Shown: positions 48,498 to 59,160, counted from the stretch's first letter. The stretch is DNA of 64,000 nucleotides from Sulfurovum sp. UBA4779 (GCA_002403155.1 DHHF01000009.1:28200-92199); one strand, 5' to 3'. A program made the numbers and translations. The notes: a model not told the origin generated them from the sequence alone.

Positions 48498-50915
48498 TTA
48501 TACGAAAACTTCTTTTAGCACCTCTTCTATGTTTGAAACCCCGATGATACTGACATGCTCTTTTACTTCTTCCGGGATATCCTCCAGATCTCTTTCATAA
48601 TTTTTTTTCGGGATCAAGGCCGTTGTCACGCCTGCCTTATAAGCAGCTATCAGCTTTTCTTTAAGTCCTCCGATAGGCAGAACTTTGCCCGTTAGGGTGA
48701 CTTCTCCGGTCATGGCTACTTTATTGTTTATTTTTTTGCCGCTTAAAATAGAAGCGATGACGCTGACCATTGCAATCCCCGCACTAGGACCGTCTTTTGG
48801 CGTTGCGCCTTCGGGAACATGAACATGCAGATCATAGCGCTTATACACTTCACTGGCATCTACTTTTAATTGTTCTTCCTTTTCTTTAAAAGTAAGAGGA
48901 ATCACTTCTTGAGAAATTTCCAGTTTGCCTTCATCTATAAGTATCTTGACTACTGAATGGGCTATGCGCGCGGACTCTTTCATCACTTCCCCCAAGCTGC
49001 CGGTAAGCTGCAAAGCGCCTTTTCCTTTGATCTTGATGGCTTCTATGGTTAACACATCGCCCCCCACCGCAGTCCATGCCAATCCGTTAACCACGCCCAT
49101 CTGCGGCTGGCCTTCCACCAAAGAGATTTCAAACACTTTTTTATCTACAAAGTTTTTCAAATTCTTTTTCGTGATATTCACTTGCTCGATACTTCTGTCT
49201 TCAAGAAGCGTGCGTGCCGCCTTTCGCATCAATCCGGCTATTTTTCGTCGCAGGTTTCTTACGCCGGCTTCTCTGGTATACTCATCGATCAGTATTTTCA
49301 ATGCCTTGTCACTGATAAAAAACTCTCTGCGCTTGAGGGCATGTTTTTTAAGCTCCTGAGGGATCAAATAGCGTTTGCAAATCTCAAGTTTCTCTTTTGG
49401 CGTATACGAATTTAGTGCGATAAACTCCATTCTGTCTCTCAGCGGTGCAGGGATATTTCCTACATCGTTGGCAGTTGCGATAAAGACCGCTTTGCTAAGA
49501 TCGATATTAAAGTTGAGATAATAGTCCCGGTATTTGCTGTTTTGCTCTGGATCAAGAATTTCAAGCAATACCGCCGTCGGATCGCCCCTCATGCTCCGCC
49601 CTACTTTATCGATCTCGTCAAGAACGATCACCGGATCCATGCTTTTTGCTTCGATAAGCCCCTGCACGATCCTTCCGGGCATCGCCCCCACATAAGTCCT
49701 TCGGTGCCCTCTTAGCTCGTTGACATCCTCCAGCCCGCCCAGTGCGATACGCACAAGCGGCCTTCCCAGCGCCGTGGCGATGGAGTTTGCCAAAGAGGTT
49801 TTCCCTACTCCCGGAGGGCCTGCAAAACACAAAATAGCGCTATCGGTCTCTTGCTGCTTAATGCCACGAAGCATCGCAAGCTCCCTTACAGAAAAAAACT
49901 CTACGATTCTCTCTTTCGGCTTCTGCAGGGCATAATGGTCTTTATCCAGTTCCGCCGAAACATCTGCAACGCTTAAGCTTTTTTTGCTCATCCGGCCAAA
50001 AGGCAATTCCAGCACCCACTCAAGATAGCCTTGCAGCACATTGGCGTCAGCGCTTTCGGGATGCATCCGCGCAAAACGCTCCAGCTGTTTGCTGATCTCC
50101 TTGTAGGCATTTTCGTCCAAATGCGGCTTGAGAGCTTCGACTTTTTCCCTAAAGCGCGCGATCTCTTCTTCTCTTTGGGTATCTACCCCAAGCTCCCGCT
50201 GTATCTCCTTGAGCTGCTCCTTCAAAAAGTATTCTTTGTTGGTCTGCTCTATCTTCGTATGGACTTTGGACCTGATCTCTCGCTGCACTTTGGCTGATTC
50301 TATCTCGGAAGTAACCACATCGATCAGCCCAAGCAGCCTTTTTTCTATGTTGGTTTCTATATAAAGCGCATAAGCCGTCTCTTTATCCAATTTCAGCATC
50401 GAAGAGACCAAATCTGCAATGCGGCTGGGTTCGTCATTTTCTTCGATCGTCCGGACAAGATCTGCCGGAAAACGGCTGCTAAGCGTGGATGCCTGTTTTA
50501 CTTTATCACGCAGGATATCCATCAGGGCATCGACTTTTAGTTTCTCATACGCTTCTTGCTTTACGATATCGATAACCGCTCGGTTGAACGGCCCTTCTGC
50601 TTCTTGGAGGATTATTCCCCTAGCCAACCCCTGAAAAAGGATCTTGACTCTTCCGTCAGGGATGTGGACTTTTCGCATGATAGAACCGATAACCCCTACT
50701 TTATACATCGATTCAAAATCCCTGCTGCCTTCTTTGCCGGCAACCGAAGAGGTAACAAAAAGCAAAGAGTTATTTTCCATCGCGTCATCTGCCGCATCAA
50801 TATCTTTTTGATGGGTTAAAAAAATCGGGCTGATCATAAAAGGATATAAAAAAAGGTCATCCTCTACGACAATAGGCAAAGTGGCAGGAAAAGCGCCGTA
50901 ATTACTAAGCTGCAT
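48498..50915 (-). CDS. lon: ATP-dependent protease Lon
   Basis: GPPGVGKTS, HRRTYVGAMPG, PKDGPSAG, PIGGLKEK; start MQLSNY with SD AGGAG. Confidence 0.97.
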   Translation of the reverse strand: MQLSNYGAFPATLPIVVEDDLFLYPFMISPIFLTHQKDIDAADDAMENNSLLFVTSSVAGKEGSRDFESMYKVGVIGSIMRKVHIPDGRVKILFQGLARGIILQEAEGPFNRAVIDIVKQEAYEKLKVDALMDILRDKVKQASTLSSRFPADLVRTIEENDEPSRIADLVSSMLKLDKETAYALYIETNIEKRLLGLIDVVTSEIESAKVQREIRSKVHTKIEQTNKEYFLKEQLKEIQRELGVDTQREEEIARFREKVEALKPHLDENAYKEISKQLERFARMHPESADANVLQGYLEWVLELPFGRMSKKSLSVADVSAELDKDHYALQKPKERIVEFFSVRELAMLRGIKQQETDSAILCFAGPPGVGKTSLANSIATALGRPLVRIALGGLEDVNELRGHRRTYVGAMPGRIVQGLIEAKSMDPVIVLDEIDKVGRSMRGDPTAVLLEILDPEQNSKYRDYYLNFNIDLSKAVFIATANDVGNIPAPLRDRMEFIALNSYTPKEKLEICKRYLIPQELKKHALKRREFFISDKALKILIDEYTREAGVRNLRRKIAGLMRKAARTLLEDRSIEQVNITKKNLKNFVDKKVFEISLVEGQPQMGVVNGLAWTAVGGDVLTIEAIKIKGKGALQLTGSLGEVMKESARIAHSVVKILIDEGKLEISQEVIPLTFKEKEEQLKVDASEVYKRYDLHVHVPEGATPKDGPSAGIAMVSVIASILSGKKINNKVAMTGEVTLTGKVLPIGGLKEKLIAAYKAGVTTALIPKKNYERDLEDIPEEVKEHVSIIGVSNIEEVLKEVFV

Positions 50916-51031
50916 CTGTATAAACTCCTCACTCAATTGTATTTTTTGATAAAAAAACCAGAAATATCCGTTTTTCTTTTGCTATCTCAATATCGCCAAT
51001 CTTCTCAGCGCCGCTGCAAAAAGGCAGCAGA

Positions 51032-51682
51032 TCAATCAAAAATCTTGCCTACAATCCCTTTTTGTGGAGGCGTAATGTCGGTTGATTCTATGATGGAATT
51101 GCTGTTTTTGTCTCTGTAAATTTTTGCCGCATCTTCTTTTCCTATACGATCATACAACGCTGCAATGTTTTCATTAAGCAGATACTGGCTCATATGAAGT
51201 CGTATCAGCATATGATTGACCATAGGCATATAGGGAGAACCGGGATATCTGTAGCGGTATTTATTGGCTTTTTCGATGCTGTCCATAATCAGTTTTTGAT
51301 CTTTATACACATCTTTGATGCCCATAAAAGATGCCTTCAGCTTGATAAAATCGATATATTCTCTATTTCCTTCTTCGCCGAAACGTTTCACGTACTCATC
51401 CAGATAATAATCTGCCAAGAGGTATTCTTCGTTTTGCATATGCGCATAGGCAAGCATCAAATTGGCCGTAGGCATCAAAGGGGAACGCATATGTTCGCTT
51501 TTGAGTGAAATATAATACGCATCGGCTTTATCGAGATTTCCGCTGGCGATACTGCCTCCGATCTTTTTATACCAGTACAGTGCGGGCTTGTTAAACTCTT
51601 TGACGGCTTCCGTTTCGCCGCACCCTGCAAGCCAAAACGCCGCAATCATACCCAGTAAAATTATTTTTTTTGCATTGAACAT
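51032..51682 (-). CDS. bamD: Outer membrane protein assembly lipoprotein BamD
   Basis: Lipobox LAGC; TPR helices; RYPGSPY; upstream of lon as in other Campylobacterota. Confidence 0.85.
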   Translation of the reverse strand: MFNAKKIILLGMIAAFWLAGCGETEAVKEFNKPALYWYKKIGGSIASGNLDKADAYYISLKSEHMRSPLMPTANLMLAYAHMQNEEYLLADYYLDEYVKRFGEEGNREYIDFIKLKASFMGIKDVYKDQKLIMDSIEKANKYRYRYPGSPYMPMVNHMLIRLHMSQYLLNENIAALYDRIGKEDAAKIYRDKNSNSIIESTDITPPQKGIVGKIFD

Positions 51683-51785
51683 ACTTATACCTCATTTTCT
51701 ATCTCATTGCTTGTATCATAGCTCAAAGTACGTAAAAAACGTATTAGATCCTTACCAATCTTTCCCTTATCCATAAAAACATGAT

Positions 51786-52448
51786 TTATGAATTTGGCTG
51801 ATCAGCGATATAGGCATACCCTGTTTCTCTTTCAATAACAATGCTAAAAGGATCAAAGCTGTCATCATCAAAACTGAAAGTCAGAATACAGTCCGCATGC
51901 AGTACGGTCGAGTAATCCGGCAAATTTGAGCCTGTGATCCCGGTATGCGGCCGTCCCATATAGTCAAATGCGATATGTTGCGCTGCATTGGTACAGCCGC
52001 CGCTGTACGTGATACGCCCATCAGAGATACCGTATTTTTTAGTTATAAAAATGTCCGGCGATATGCCGGCTTGTGCATCCGAGGCACAGGGCTTAAAATT
52101 ACTGCCCATCATCGGCATCCCGTTCAACGGATCAAAAGCAGCTTCTTGATTGGCCACGTCGATATTGCCTTGCTGGTCTTTATCCGATCCGATATAGTAA
52201 AATATCCCGTTATCGCTGCACCCTTCAAATCCTATACGCCAAAAAGAGCGCTGCCACTGCGCACTGGCGCTGTCGGATACATTGTCCATCAATGCCATAT
52301 GCTGGGCATACCGAATAGCAGACAAAATACTATCGGCTGCTTCTTGCCTGATATCTCTCTCAAGCCTCGGAAGCGCCAACGCCGCCAATATACCCAATAC
52401 CAAAATCACCATTACAAGCTCTATCATGGTAAATGCAGATTTTTTCAT
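51786..52448 (-). CDS. Type IV prepilin-like protein (MshC/FimT-like minor pilin)
   Basis: MKKSA|FTMIELVMVILVLGILAALALP; alpha-helix AIRYAQHMAL; AFDYMGRP. Confidence 0.8.
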   Translation of the reverse strand: MKKSAFTMIELVMVILVLGILAALALPRLERDIRQEAADSILSAIRYAQHMALMDNVSDSASAQWQRSFWRIGFEGCSDNGIFYYIGSDKDQQGNIDVANQEAAFDPLNGMPMMGSNFKPCASDAQAGISPDIFITKKYGISDGRITYSGGCTNAAQHIAFDYMGRPHTGITGSNLPDYSTVLHADCILTFSFDDDSFDPFSIVIERETGYAYIADQPNS

Positions 52449-52644
52449 CCTTATCCTCTCTTTGGAGTCAATCTGCATAGTATAGCAAAAATAACAGCAA
52501 AGATAAAATATTGGTTTTTGATCCCAATTGATGCATTTTGAAGGCTTTAAGAAATTATAAAACATTAAAATTCTATAATAAATTGAAGATAGGGGAGTTA
52601 TTTATAAATCAAGCAAATCTAAGATGAAAGCAAAAGGAAAAAAA

Positions 52645-55600
52645 ATGAAAGCTATTCAAACAGTAGCACGATGGCTGGTTGCTTTTATTGCCATAATAAA
52701 CATACAGGTGTACGGGGCTGATTTTCGGATAAATGATGTTTCCATTGCAGAAGGAGACAGCGGAACACGAAATCTTACCTTTACCGTTTCTATCGATGCA
52801 TATTGCCGCAGCGGTGTTACCTATAGGGTAGATTATACCACCAATAACGGTTCTGCTGCGGCACCAAGCGATTATACCGCACAAAGCGGAACGATAATAT
52901 ATACTCATAGCGGCTCCCATCAGTCGTCCGGAACTTGTGCTACAAGAAACATCACGATAGCGGTTCAAGGCGATACCGATTTTGAAACGGATGAAAGTTT
53001 CACAATAAGACTTTCAAATGCCAGAAGCAGCAGCTCACGGTATAGGGCTTACATTGCAGACTCATCGGGGGTAGGAACCATTCTTAACGATGATGCCGAT
53101 CCTTCTGCCGAAGGCCGTCCTTTCGAGATGCGCTTTTCTACCAATATCGGAGGAAACCTCAAAGTTATCGGCAACACTATTTTGGTAGGGAATCAAGCCA
53201 GCGACCTTACGAATGCGGATTTAAATTTGCTTTATGCCGATGTCGACGGCAATAGCGCTACCTTTAATTCTTCTAGCGCCACACTTGAAGACAGCGACAT
53301 TGTCGATCCATCAAAAGCAAAAATAATTTGGGCAGGACTCTACTGGCAAAGCTACCTGCATAGATGGGACAACGGCTTTGGGGGCTCAGCCGACAACCCC
53401 TACCGCGATACGGGGTGGACCGTAGGAGAAATTGAAAACACCATCACCAATCAAACAATTTTATTTACGGTTCCAGATGGTACTGCCTCCACTATTGCAC
53501 CTGATCAAACCGATATGATACAGGCGAGCACAACCAACTATCCAAATCGCGGCTATAGCTGTTTTGCCGATGTGACCCATCTTTTGCAAAACCAAAATCC
53601 GCTAGGACAGTATACTGTTGCCAATATCCCGGCACAAGAGGGGGATACAAGAGGCTATAACTATAACGACGGACTTGGAAACTATGGAGCATGGACGCTG
53701 GTTGTTGTCTATAACAATCCATCCGACCCTTACGGCAAAAACCGCAATATCTCCGTCTTTGACGGATATCAAAAACTTGAAGCGGCTTCAACTGCCAATA
53801 TGTCTATCCCTCTTAGCGGGTTTTTAACCCCAAAAAGCGGCACGGTAGACTCGACCCTTTCGGTTTTTGCCGGTGAAGGGGATAGAAATATCGCCGGCGA
53901 TTTCATGAGATTTACCAATGAATTAGGCACAACCTATACATTTCCTTCCACAACTTCAGGAATAAATTTTTTCAACTCTTCTGTAGCAAATGTGCCGACA
54001 CGTAATCCAAATCTTGCCAACAATAACGGGATCGATATCCACACCAATCAAGTGGGGGATTCAAATGGCGGCCCGGGCATCCTTCTCAACAATCAAACTT
54101 CCGGAACAATCGAATTGGGGACAACGCAGGATACCTATTTCCCAAGCATGGTAGCCTTTGGCACAGAACTTTATAGACCGAATTTTTGTTATGATTACAG
54201 TGTTCAGCATAATGGTTTTACAGTGGATGCCAAAGATAGAAACATTGCCACCATAGGCGAAGGATCTCTTACTGTCAATCCTTCGATACGAAGCATGGAG
54301 GGGGATTTTGACCTGACGTCATCAAAACTGAAACTTCGACTGACCCCTTTAAGCTATGTGAACTTTACAGAGGCACGCTATTCGCCCAATACTGTCAATA
54401 CACTTATACCGGCGATACATACTTCATCTTCCACTTCCCAATATCCTGAAATAGGGATTGGGTCCGGTGTAGGCGGATATCCGACAAACGGAGGTATCAT
54501 TGGGACATTCGAACGCTATTTTGCTCAGTTCGAGTATCATTTATTATCTAGCACATTTAACGGACACTTTGAAATAGATCTTAATGCCAGTATTGATTTT
54601 GGGTCCGGGCCTGTTGCTTTCTTGTTTTCTACAGAAAACAACTCTCTTCCGCGATGCGAACAGTCTCCTGTTTATTCGCCTGAATGGGGTATATTCAATA
54701 TCGAAAGAACCGATAGCGGTTCTTACAACCCTGTTACACAGCCTGATCAAAGATTTACACTATATACTCAAGTTGCAGGCAGGGACTTCGACTTCTCTGT
54801 CGTTGCCTATGACGGGAGCGATGTTACCCCTCCCTACAGTCAAGAAAAAAGTGTTGCCGATATTACGGTAGATATCGAATTGATTGATGCCTCGCCGTAT
54901 GATGACAATGGATCTTTTTTCAAATGCAACAATACAGATCCAAATATTATCCAACAGTTGGCCAATGGAGAGACAAGCATATTCGCTACCTTCCCCTCAT
55001 CAGAGGCTCCAAGGGTAAACCTGACAGAGAATGACGACCTTATAACAGATACCGCTCTAAAAAGCGCTGCATTCAGAATGTGGATACTTGTCGATCAAAA
55101 TAACACTCTTATCCGCCATACTTGTGCAAAAAATGACGATGCTTGTTTTGAATCTGTTTATGCTTCTTACCTGCAAGCCGATGACATTGAAGGCCTTTGC
55201 ACAAACTGCAGCAGTTATCCGGGCGGGTGTTATGCCTGTCTGCGAAATTATTTTGCAAAAGCTATCTGTTCAAGAGATAATTTTTCCATTAGACCCGCAT
55301 CTTATCGCATAAGTATTTCTGACACCAATGAATCAAACGCATCAAACTCCCCTCAAGTGTTGCTAAAAACTAACAATGATGCACAAACCGCTGCCGTGCT
55401 TGCTGCTGAATACTTATATAAAATCGATGCTAACGCAACGCTGTTCAATTCGGATGATTTTGCCAAACTCTATAATAGATATTTTTACACTCCCTCTAAC
55501 AGCGATCTGATCTCCCAATTTAAATTCCAAACCTCCGGCAGCAATTGTGCGGACACAAGCGATCGTGATATTGGGATACGCTTTGCAAACGGACAAATTG

Positions 55601-56988
55601 CGGGGACATTTAACGGCACCATCATTTCTCTTGACTCAAACAATCTTCAAAGCAATTCAAATGTCGGAAATTATCGTTATCACATTGAAGACAACAATTG
55701 GACGATCGTGGATCAACAAAGATATCCCTATAAAACATTTCAAAATATAAACGACTGTATTCCGGATGAGGCATCCGTTTCCCCTGAAAGCAACGTAAGG
55801 ATAGGATGCAAAATTGATTCTGAACTTACTTATGGCTCACAGGTGCATAAAGATTTGCCTTTAAGATTTGAGCCCTACAGCTTTGATCTTTCAAGCATAA
55901 TAATGAGTCTGCCTAATCCAAATACCAACATCGTTTATACCAACGATCTTAATACCTCAAACATATTAGACCGCACTATGGCGGTTCATTTTGCCGGCCA
56001 ATTAATTGCCAAAGGGAAAAAGGGTGCAACTCTGGACAATTTTACAGCCAACTGTGCAGCAAAACCGGTTGTTTTTGATGTCAACAGAACAATGACAAGA
56101 AACAACAGCCCTATTGACGAACAGGACATACTAAGTATCGATTTGATTACCGCCAAGCCGAGCCAAAACATTTATTTGCAAAGATATGACAGTGAAACCG
56201 CAAACCCTGCTCTTCGACATAGCGTAACAAACAGCAATATCGATTCAAGCACGCAAATAACAATCGCTCCGGAACAGTTTCATGATGAGAACAACGGCTC
56301 TGCCAATGTCAATCTCGATTTCAATCTGCAAAGAATCAACGATCAGGTTATGAATCCCGTCAATATCACATTCATCGCACATGAAGCCAATTCTACGGCA
56401 TCAAGCTCAAATGCGCATATGCTGCCCGACTATATACCGGAAGGAAACGCAACCATAGATCGAAATGTCTCATTTATATACGGCCGCATCGCGCCAAGCA
56501 GCGCAAGCCCTTATATTGTGCCTCCAAGCCAATCCAAGACAACCATTCCGATGTATATTGAAGCATATTGCGATGGTTTTGACCAAAATATGGCAGAAAT
56601 GAATTGCAGCCTTTATACGTTAAATATCCCCAGCCTAAGAGACGACGGGATATGGTGGGTCAACACAAACCATAACTCAGACGAAGGAGACGGGCAGATT
56701 GCAAGCTTAGTAGATCCGCTGGGCGGAACCCTTATCAGCCCTGATAGCGATATCGACCTGGATAACCCTACCGATATCGATGTAACTATAGGCAATGTAG
56801 GCAGGCCGTACTCGACTGAGATTCAAATCACACCTAGTGTGCCTTGGCTTGGCTATAATCCATACGGTCTATTGAATCCCGTTGTTAAATTCTTAGGCGG
56901 CGGCGGCTGGGCAGGAAAAGGCAATACGGGAATGGTTGTTGACAGCAATGCTAGCTATGACAATATCAATAAACGAATAAACTGGTAA
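52645..56988 (+). CDS. Large secreted adhesin: Calx-beta N-domain, beta-rich lectin-like core, MshQ/DUF6701-like C-terminus
   Basis: Signal peptide; INDVSIAEGDSG...DYTAQSG...GDTDFETDESF...GTILNDD; WAGLYW..FADVT..GAWTLVVVY; DNFSIRP, RFEPYSF, YGRI, PWLGY. Confidence 0.7.
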   Translation: MKAIQTVARWLVAFIAIINIQVYGADFRINDVSIAEGDSGTRNLTFTVSIDAYCRSGVTYRVDYTTNNGSAAAPSDYTAQSGTIIYTHSGSHQSSGTCATRNITIAVQGDTDFETDESFTIRLSNARSSSSRYRAYIADSSGVGTILNDDADPSAEGRPFEMRFSTNIGGNLKVIGNTILVGNQASDLTNADLNLLYADVDGNSATFNSSSATLEDSDIVDPSKAKIIWAGLYWQSYLHRWDNGFGGSADNPYRDTGWTVGEIENTITNQTILFTVPDGTASTIAPDQTDMIQASTTNYPNRGYSCFADVTHLLQNQNPLGQYTVANIPAQEGDTRGYNYNDGLGNYGAWTLVVVYNNPSDPYGKNRNISVFDGYQKLEAASTANMSIPLSGFLTPKSGTVDSTLSVFAGEGDRNIAGDFMRFTNELGTTYTFPSTTSGINFFNSSVANVPTRNPNLANNNGIDIHTNQVGDSNGGPGILLNNQTSGTIELGTTQDTYFPSMVAFGTELYRPNFCYDYSVQHNGFTVDAKDRNIATIGEGSLTVNPSIRSMEGDFDLTSSKLKLRLTPLSYVNFTEARYSPNTVNTLIPAIHTSSSTSQYPEIGIGSGVGGYPTNGGIIGTFERYFAQFEYHLLSSTFNGHFEIDLNASIDFGSGPVAFLFSTENNSLPRCEQSPVYSPEWGIFNIERTDSGSYNPVTQPDQRFTLYTQVAGRDFDFSVVAYDGSDVTPPYSQEKSVADITVDIELIDASPYDDNGSFFKCNNTDPNIIQQLANGETSIFATFPSSEAPRVNLTENDDLITDTALKSAAFRMWILVDQNNTLIRHTCAKNDDACFESVYASYLQADDIEGLCTNCSSYPGGCYACLRNYFAKAICSRDNFSIRPASYRISISDTNESNASNSPQVLLKTNNDAQTAAVLAAEYLYKIDANATLFNSDDFAKLYNRYFYTPSNSDLISQFKFQTSGSNCADTSDRDIGIRFANGQIAGTFNGTIISLDSNNLQSNSNVGNYRYHIEDNNWTIVDQQRYPYKTFQNINDCIPDEASVSPESNVRIGCKIDSELTYGSQVHKDLPLRFEPYSFDLSSIIMSLPNPNTNIVYTNDLNTSNILDRTMAVHFAGQLIAKGKKGATLDNFTANCAAKPVVFDVNRTMTRNNSPIDEQDILSIDLITAKPSQNIYLQRYDSETANPALRHSVTNSNIDSSTQITIAPEQFHDENNGSANVNLDFNLQRINDQVMNPVNITFIAHEANSTASSSNAHMLPDYIPEGNATIDRNVSFIYGRIAPSSASPYIVPPSQSKTTIPMYIEAYCDGFDQNMAEMNCSLYTLNIPSLRDDGIWWVNTNHNSDEGDGQIASLVDPLGGTLISPDSDIDLDNPTDIDVTIGNVGRPYSTEIQITPSVPWLGYNPYGLLNPVVKFLGGGGWAGKGNTGMVVDSNASYDNINKRINW

Positions 56989-56992
56989 AAAA

Positions 56993-57733
56993 ATGAAACA
57001 TCACAAAAAGCCAAAAACAGGGCGGTCGGCGATTGCAATGGTGGAATTGATCTTTGCGATCGTCATAATGGGCATCATTCTTTTAAGTGCGCCTCTTGTG
57101 CTAAATCAAGCAATACGAAGTTCGACAATAGCCATGCAGCAAGAAGCAATTGCTGCAGCAGGTTCTCAAATAAGCTTGATACTTACGGCGCAATGGGATG
57201 AAATGGACAGTAACTCAACCACCGGATTTGGCATTTTAAATGTTGCAAATGGCGCAGCGCAGCTGGCCAACGGAGCAAGAGATCTCAATGCAACCTATAC
57301 GACACGAAGATTTAATACGATAGCCGCTTATTCCCAGGCGACTGCCTCGGCAAATTTCGGGAGCGGGACAGAAGCAAGCGATTCCGGCGGCAAAGATGAT
57401 ATAGATGATTTTCACGGCGACACTCAACAGCTGATGCTTTATGCTTCAGAAACAGCGAGTTTGCTGCAAAATCAAGGCGAATACCTTGATACCGGTATCA
57501 GAATGGCCAATACGGTGATGTATGGTTCGGATACGGTCAATTATGGCACGAATCCGCTAGCCTACAATAATCCGTTTCTCAATACATCAAACGCCTCTAC
57601 CAATATTAAACTTATTTCCGTCATTCTAACAACCGCTTCAGGCGAAGAGGAGCACAATAAAACTATCATGCTCAGCGCTTTTTCATGCAATATAGGAACA
57701 CCCTCAATCCACTATGTTCCTTTTATGCCCTAA
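56993..57733 (+). CDS. Type IV minor pilin (MshD/PilV-like)
   Basis: RSA|IAMVELIFAIVIMGIILLS; DDIDDFHG. Confidence 0.75.
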   Translation: MKHHKKPKTGRSAIAMVELIFAIVIMGIILLSAPLVLNQAIRSSTIAMQQEAIAAAGSQISLILTAQWDEMDSNSTTGFGILNVANGAAQLANGARDLNATYTTRRFNTIAAYSQATASANFGSGTEASDSGGKDDIDDFHGDTQQLMLYASETASLLQNQGEYLDTGIRMANTVMYGSDTVNYGTNPLAYNNPFLNTSNASTNIKLISVILTTASGEEEHNKTIMLSAFSCNIGTPSIHYVPFMP

Positions 57734-57742
57734 GGAGTTGAG

Positions 57743-58684
57743 ATGATGCAAAACATACAAAAAAAAGCTTTTACGTTGCTCGAAGTTACGCTTGTGATCG
57801 TTATTTTGGGCATTGTTGCCTCTGTGGCATCCACCATTATTTCACAACTGTATGAAAATTATATGCTTCAAAGAGCGATGCATAATGTTTCGCTTAAAAC
57901 AGAACTCGCCATCAATCAGATCATCAACCGATTAACATACCGCATTGAAAATTCAGTCATTGCCAGAAAATCAGACGGCACTTTCATTCCGCTGCAAGCC
58001 ATCGAGTATGGGGTAACCAATACGGATAATGCCATCTTGGAATGGATCGGCTACGACAATGAGAGTTTTGAAGCGCGAAATACTCCGGGCTGGAGCGGAT
58101 ATTGTGACGTAACGGCTACTGCCGCACCAAACATTTCAACTCCGGGCTCAAATTTAAATTTTGCCTCGACGGTCATAGGCAATCTTTCAAATGGCAATCC
58201 AACGCTTGCATTGCTTTTTTCTCTTGGCGACCGGCGTGACGGAAATATCACCAGCCCCGATTCTCACTGCTTTGGCTATAACGGGGATACAAGCTGTATT
58301 CATCAGTCGGGTATCGTCAACAATACCACGCTAAGCACCAACAGGGAATCAGGCACAGCAAGCATCTCGGATCAATACAAATTGGCATGGAGTGCTTATG
58401 CTATTGTTCCCGTCAATGCAAATGCACTCTATAACGACGTTAGAGACGGCGCTATCGCAGCAGAGGGCATACCGCAATCTTTTGATCTTGAACTAAGATA
58501 CAACTATCAACCTTGGGCAGGAAGCCAATATACCAATGCCCCTCGTTCAACTCTGATACGTAATGCTACTTCATTTAAGTTTTCAGAACAGGGAGGCACA
58601 ATAAGAGTGAAGCTTTGTGCAACCGAAAAAACCGCTTTTGGCACTAATGTCTCTGTATGCAAAGAAAAGGTGGTCATCCGATGA
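57743..58684 (+). CDS. Type IV minor pilin (MshO/PilW-like)
   Basis: KKA|FTLLEVTLVIVILGIVAS. Confidence 0.78.
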   Translation: MMQNIQKKAFTLLEVTLVIVILGIVASVASTIISQLYENYMLQRAMHNVSLKTELAINQIINRLTYRIENSVIARKSDGTFIPLQAIEYGVTNTDNAILEWIGYDNESFEARNTPGWSGYCDVTATAAPNISTPGSNLNFASTVIGNLSNGNPTLALLFSLGDRRDGNITSPDSHCFGYNGDTSCIHQSGIVNNTTLSTNRESGTASISDQYKLAWSAYAIVPVNANALYNDVRDGAIAAEGIPQSFDLELRYNYQPWAGSQYTNAPRSTLIRNATSFKFSEQGGTIRVKLCATEKTAFGTNVSVCKEKVVIR

Positions 58685-59160
58685 GAAAAGCTTTTTCATT
58701 GTTTACGGCTATCGTCGTTTTGGTACTGATGGCAGGCGTTACGGCATTGGTTATGAATATTTCAGGCAAAGTCGTTAAAGAAACCACTGCCCAGTATCGA
58801 AAAGAGCAGGCGATGCTTCTGGCAAAAAGCTATACCGAGTTTGCTATCCTTGCCATCCAAGGGCACAATATGAAAACCAACGGCTGCCTAAGAACAATTA
58901 ACGGCATCGTCAATTCTACCGTATTGAATCAAGCAAATCCTAACGGAGCAAACGAAGGAGAAGGATATCGGGTGACCGTTCGCATGCGGAGATACATTGG
59001 TTTACCTGCCGATCTTAACTGTACCGTTAATACTCCTTCAACCTCAGGAGATGCATCAGCATTAATCGATGTTAATGTGCGATACAAAGATCCCGACGCA
59101 ACAGATATTTCAACTGCGCCTTGGATTAATTACAATCGCAGGACTCTTCAAAAATTATAA
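58681..59160 (+). CDS. Type IV minor pilin lacking E5 (MshP/PilX-like)
   Basis: MRKA|FSLFTAIVVLVLMAGV; QAMLLAKSYTEFA; ATGA overlap with the upstream gene. Confidence 0.72.
   Translation: MRKAFSLFTAIVVLVLMAGVTALVMNISGKVVKETTAQYRKEQAMLLAKSYTEFAILAIQGHNMKTNGCLRTINGIVNSTVLNQANPNGANEGEGYRVTVRMRRYIGLPADLNCTVNTPSTSGDASALIDVNVRYKDPDATDISTAPWINYNRRTLQKL

Noticed and set aside
51945-52541. 198-aa + strand ORF
   Set aside because: Antisense to the prepilin gene; no recognisable features
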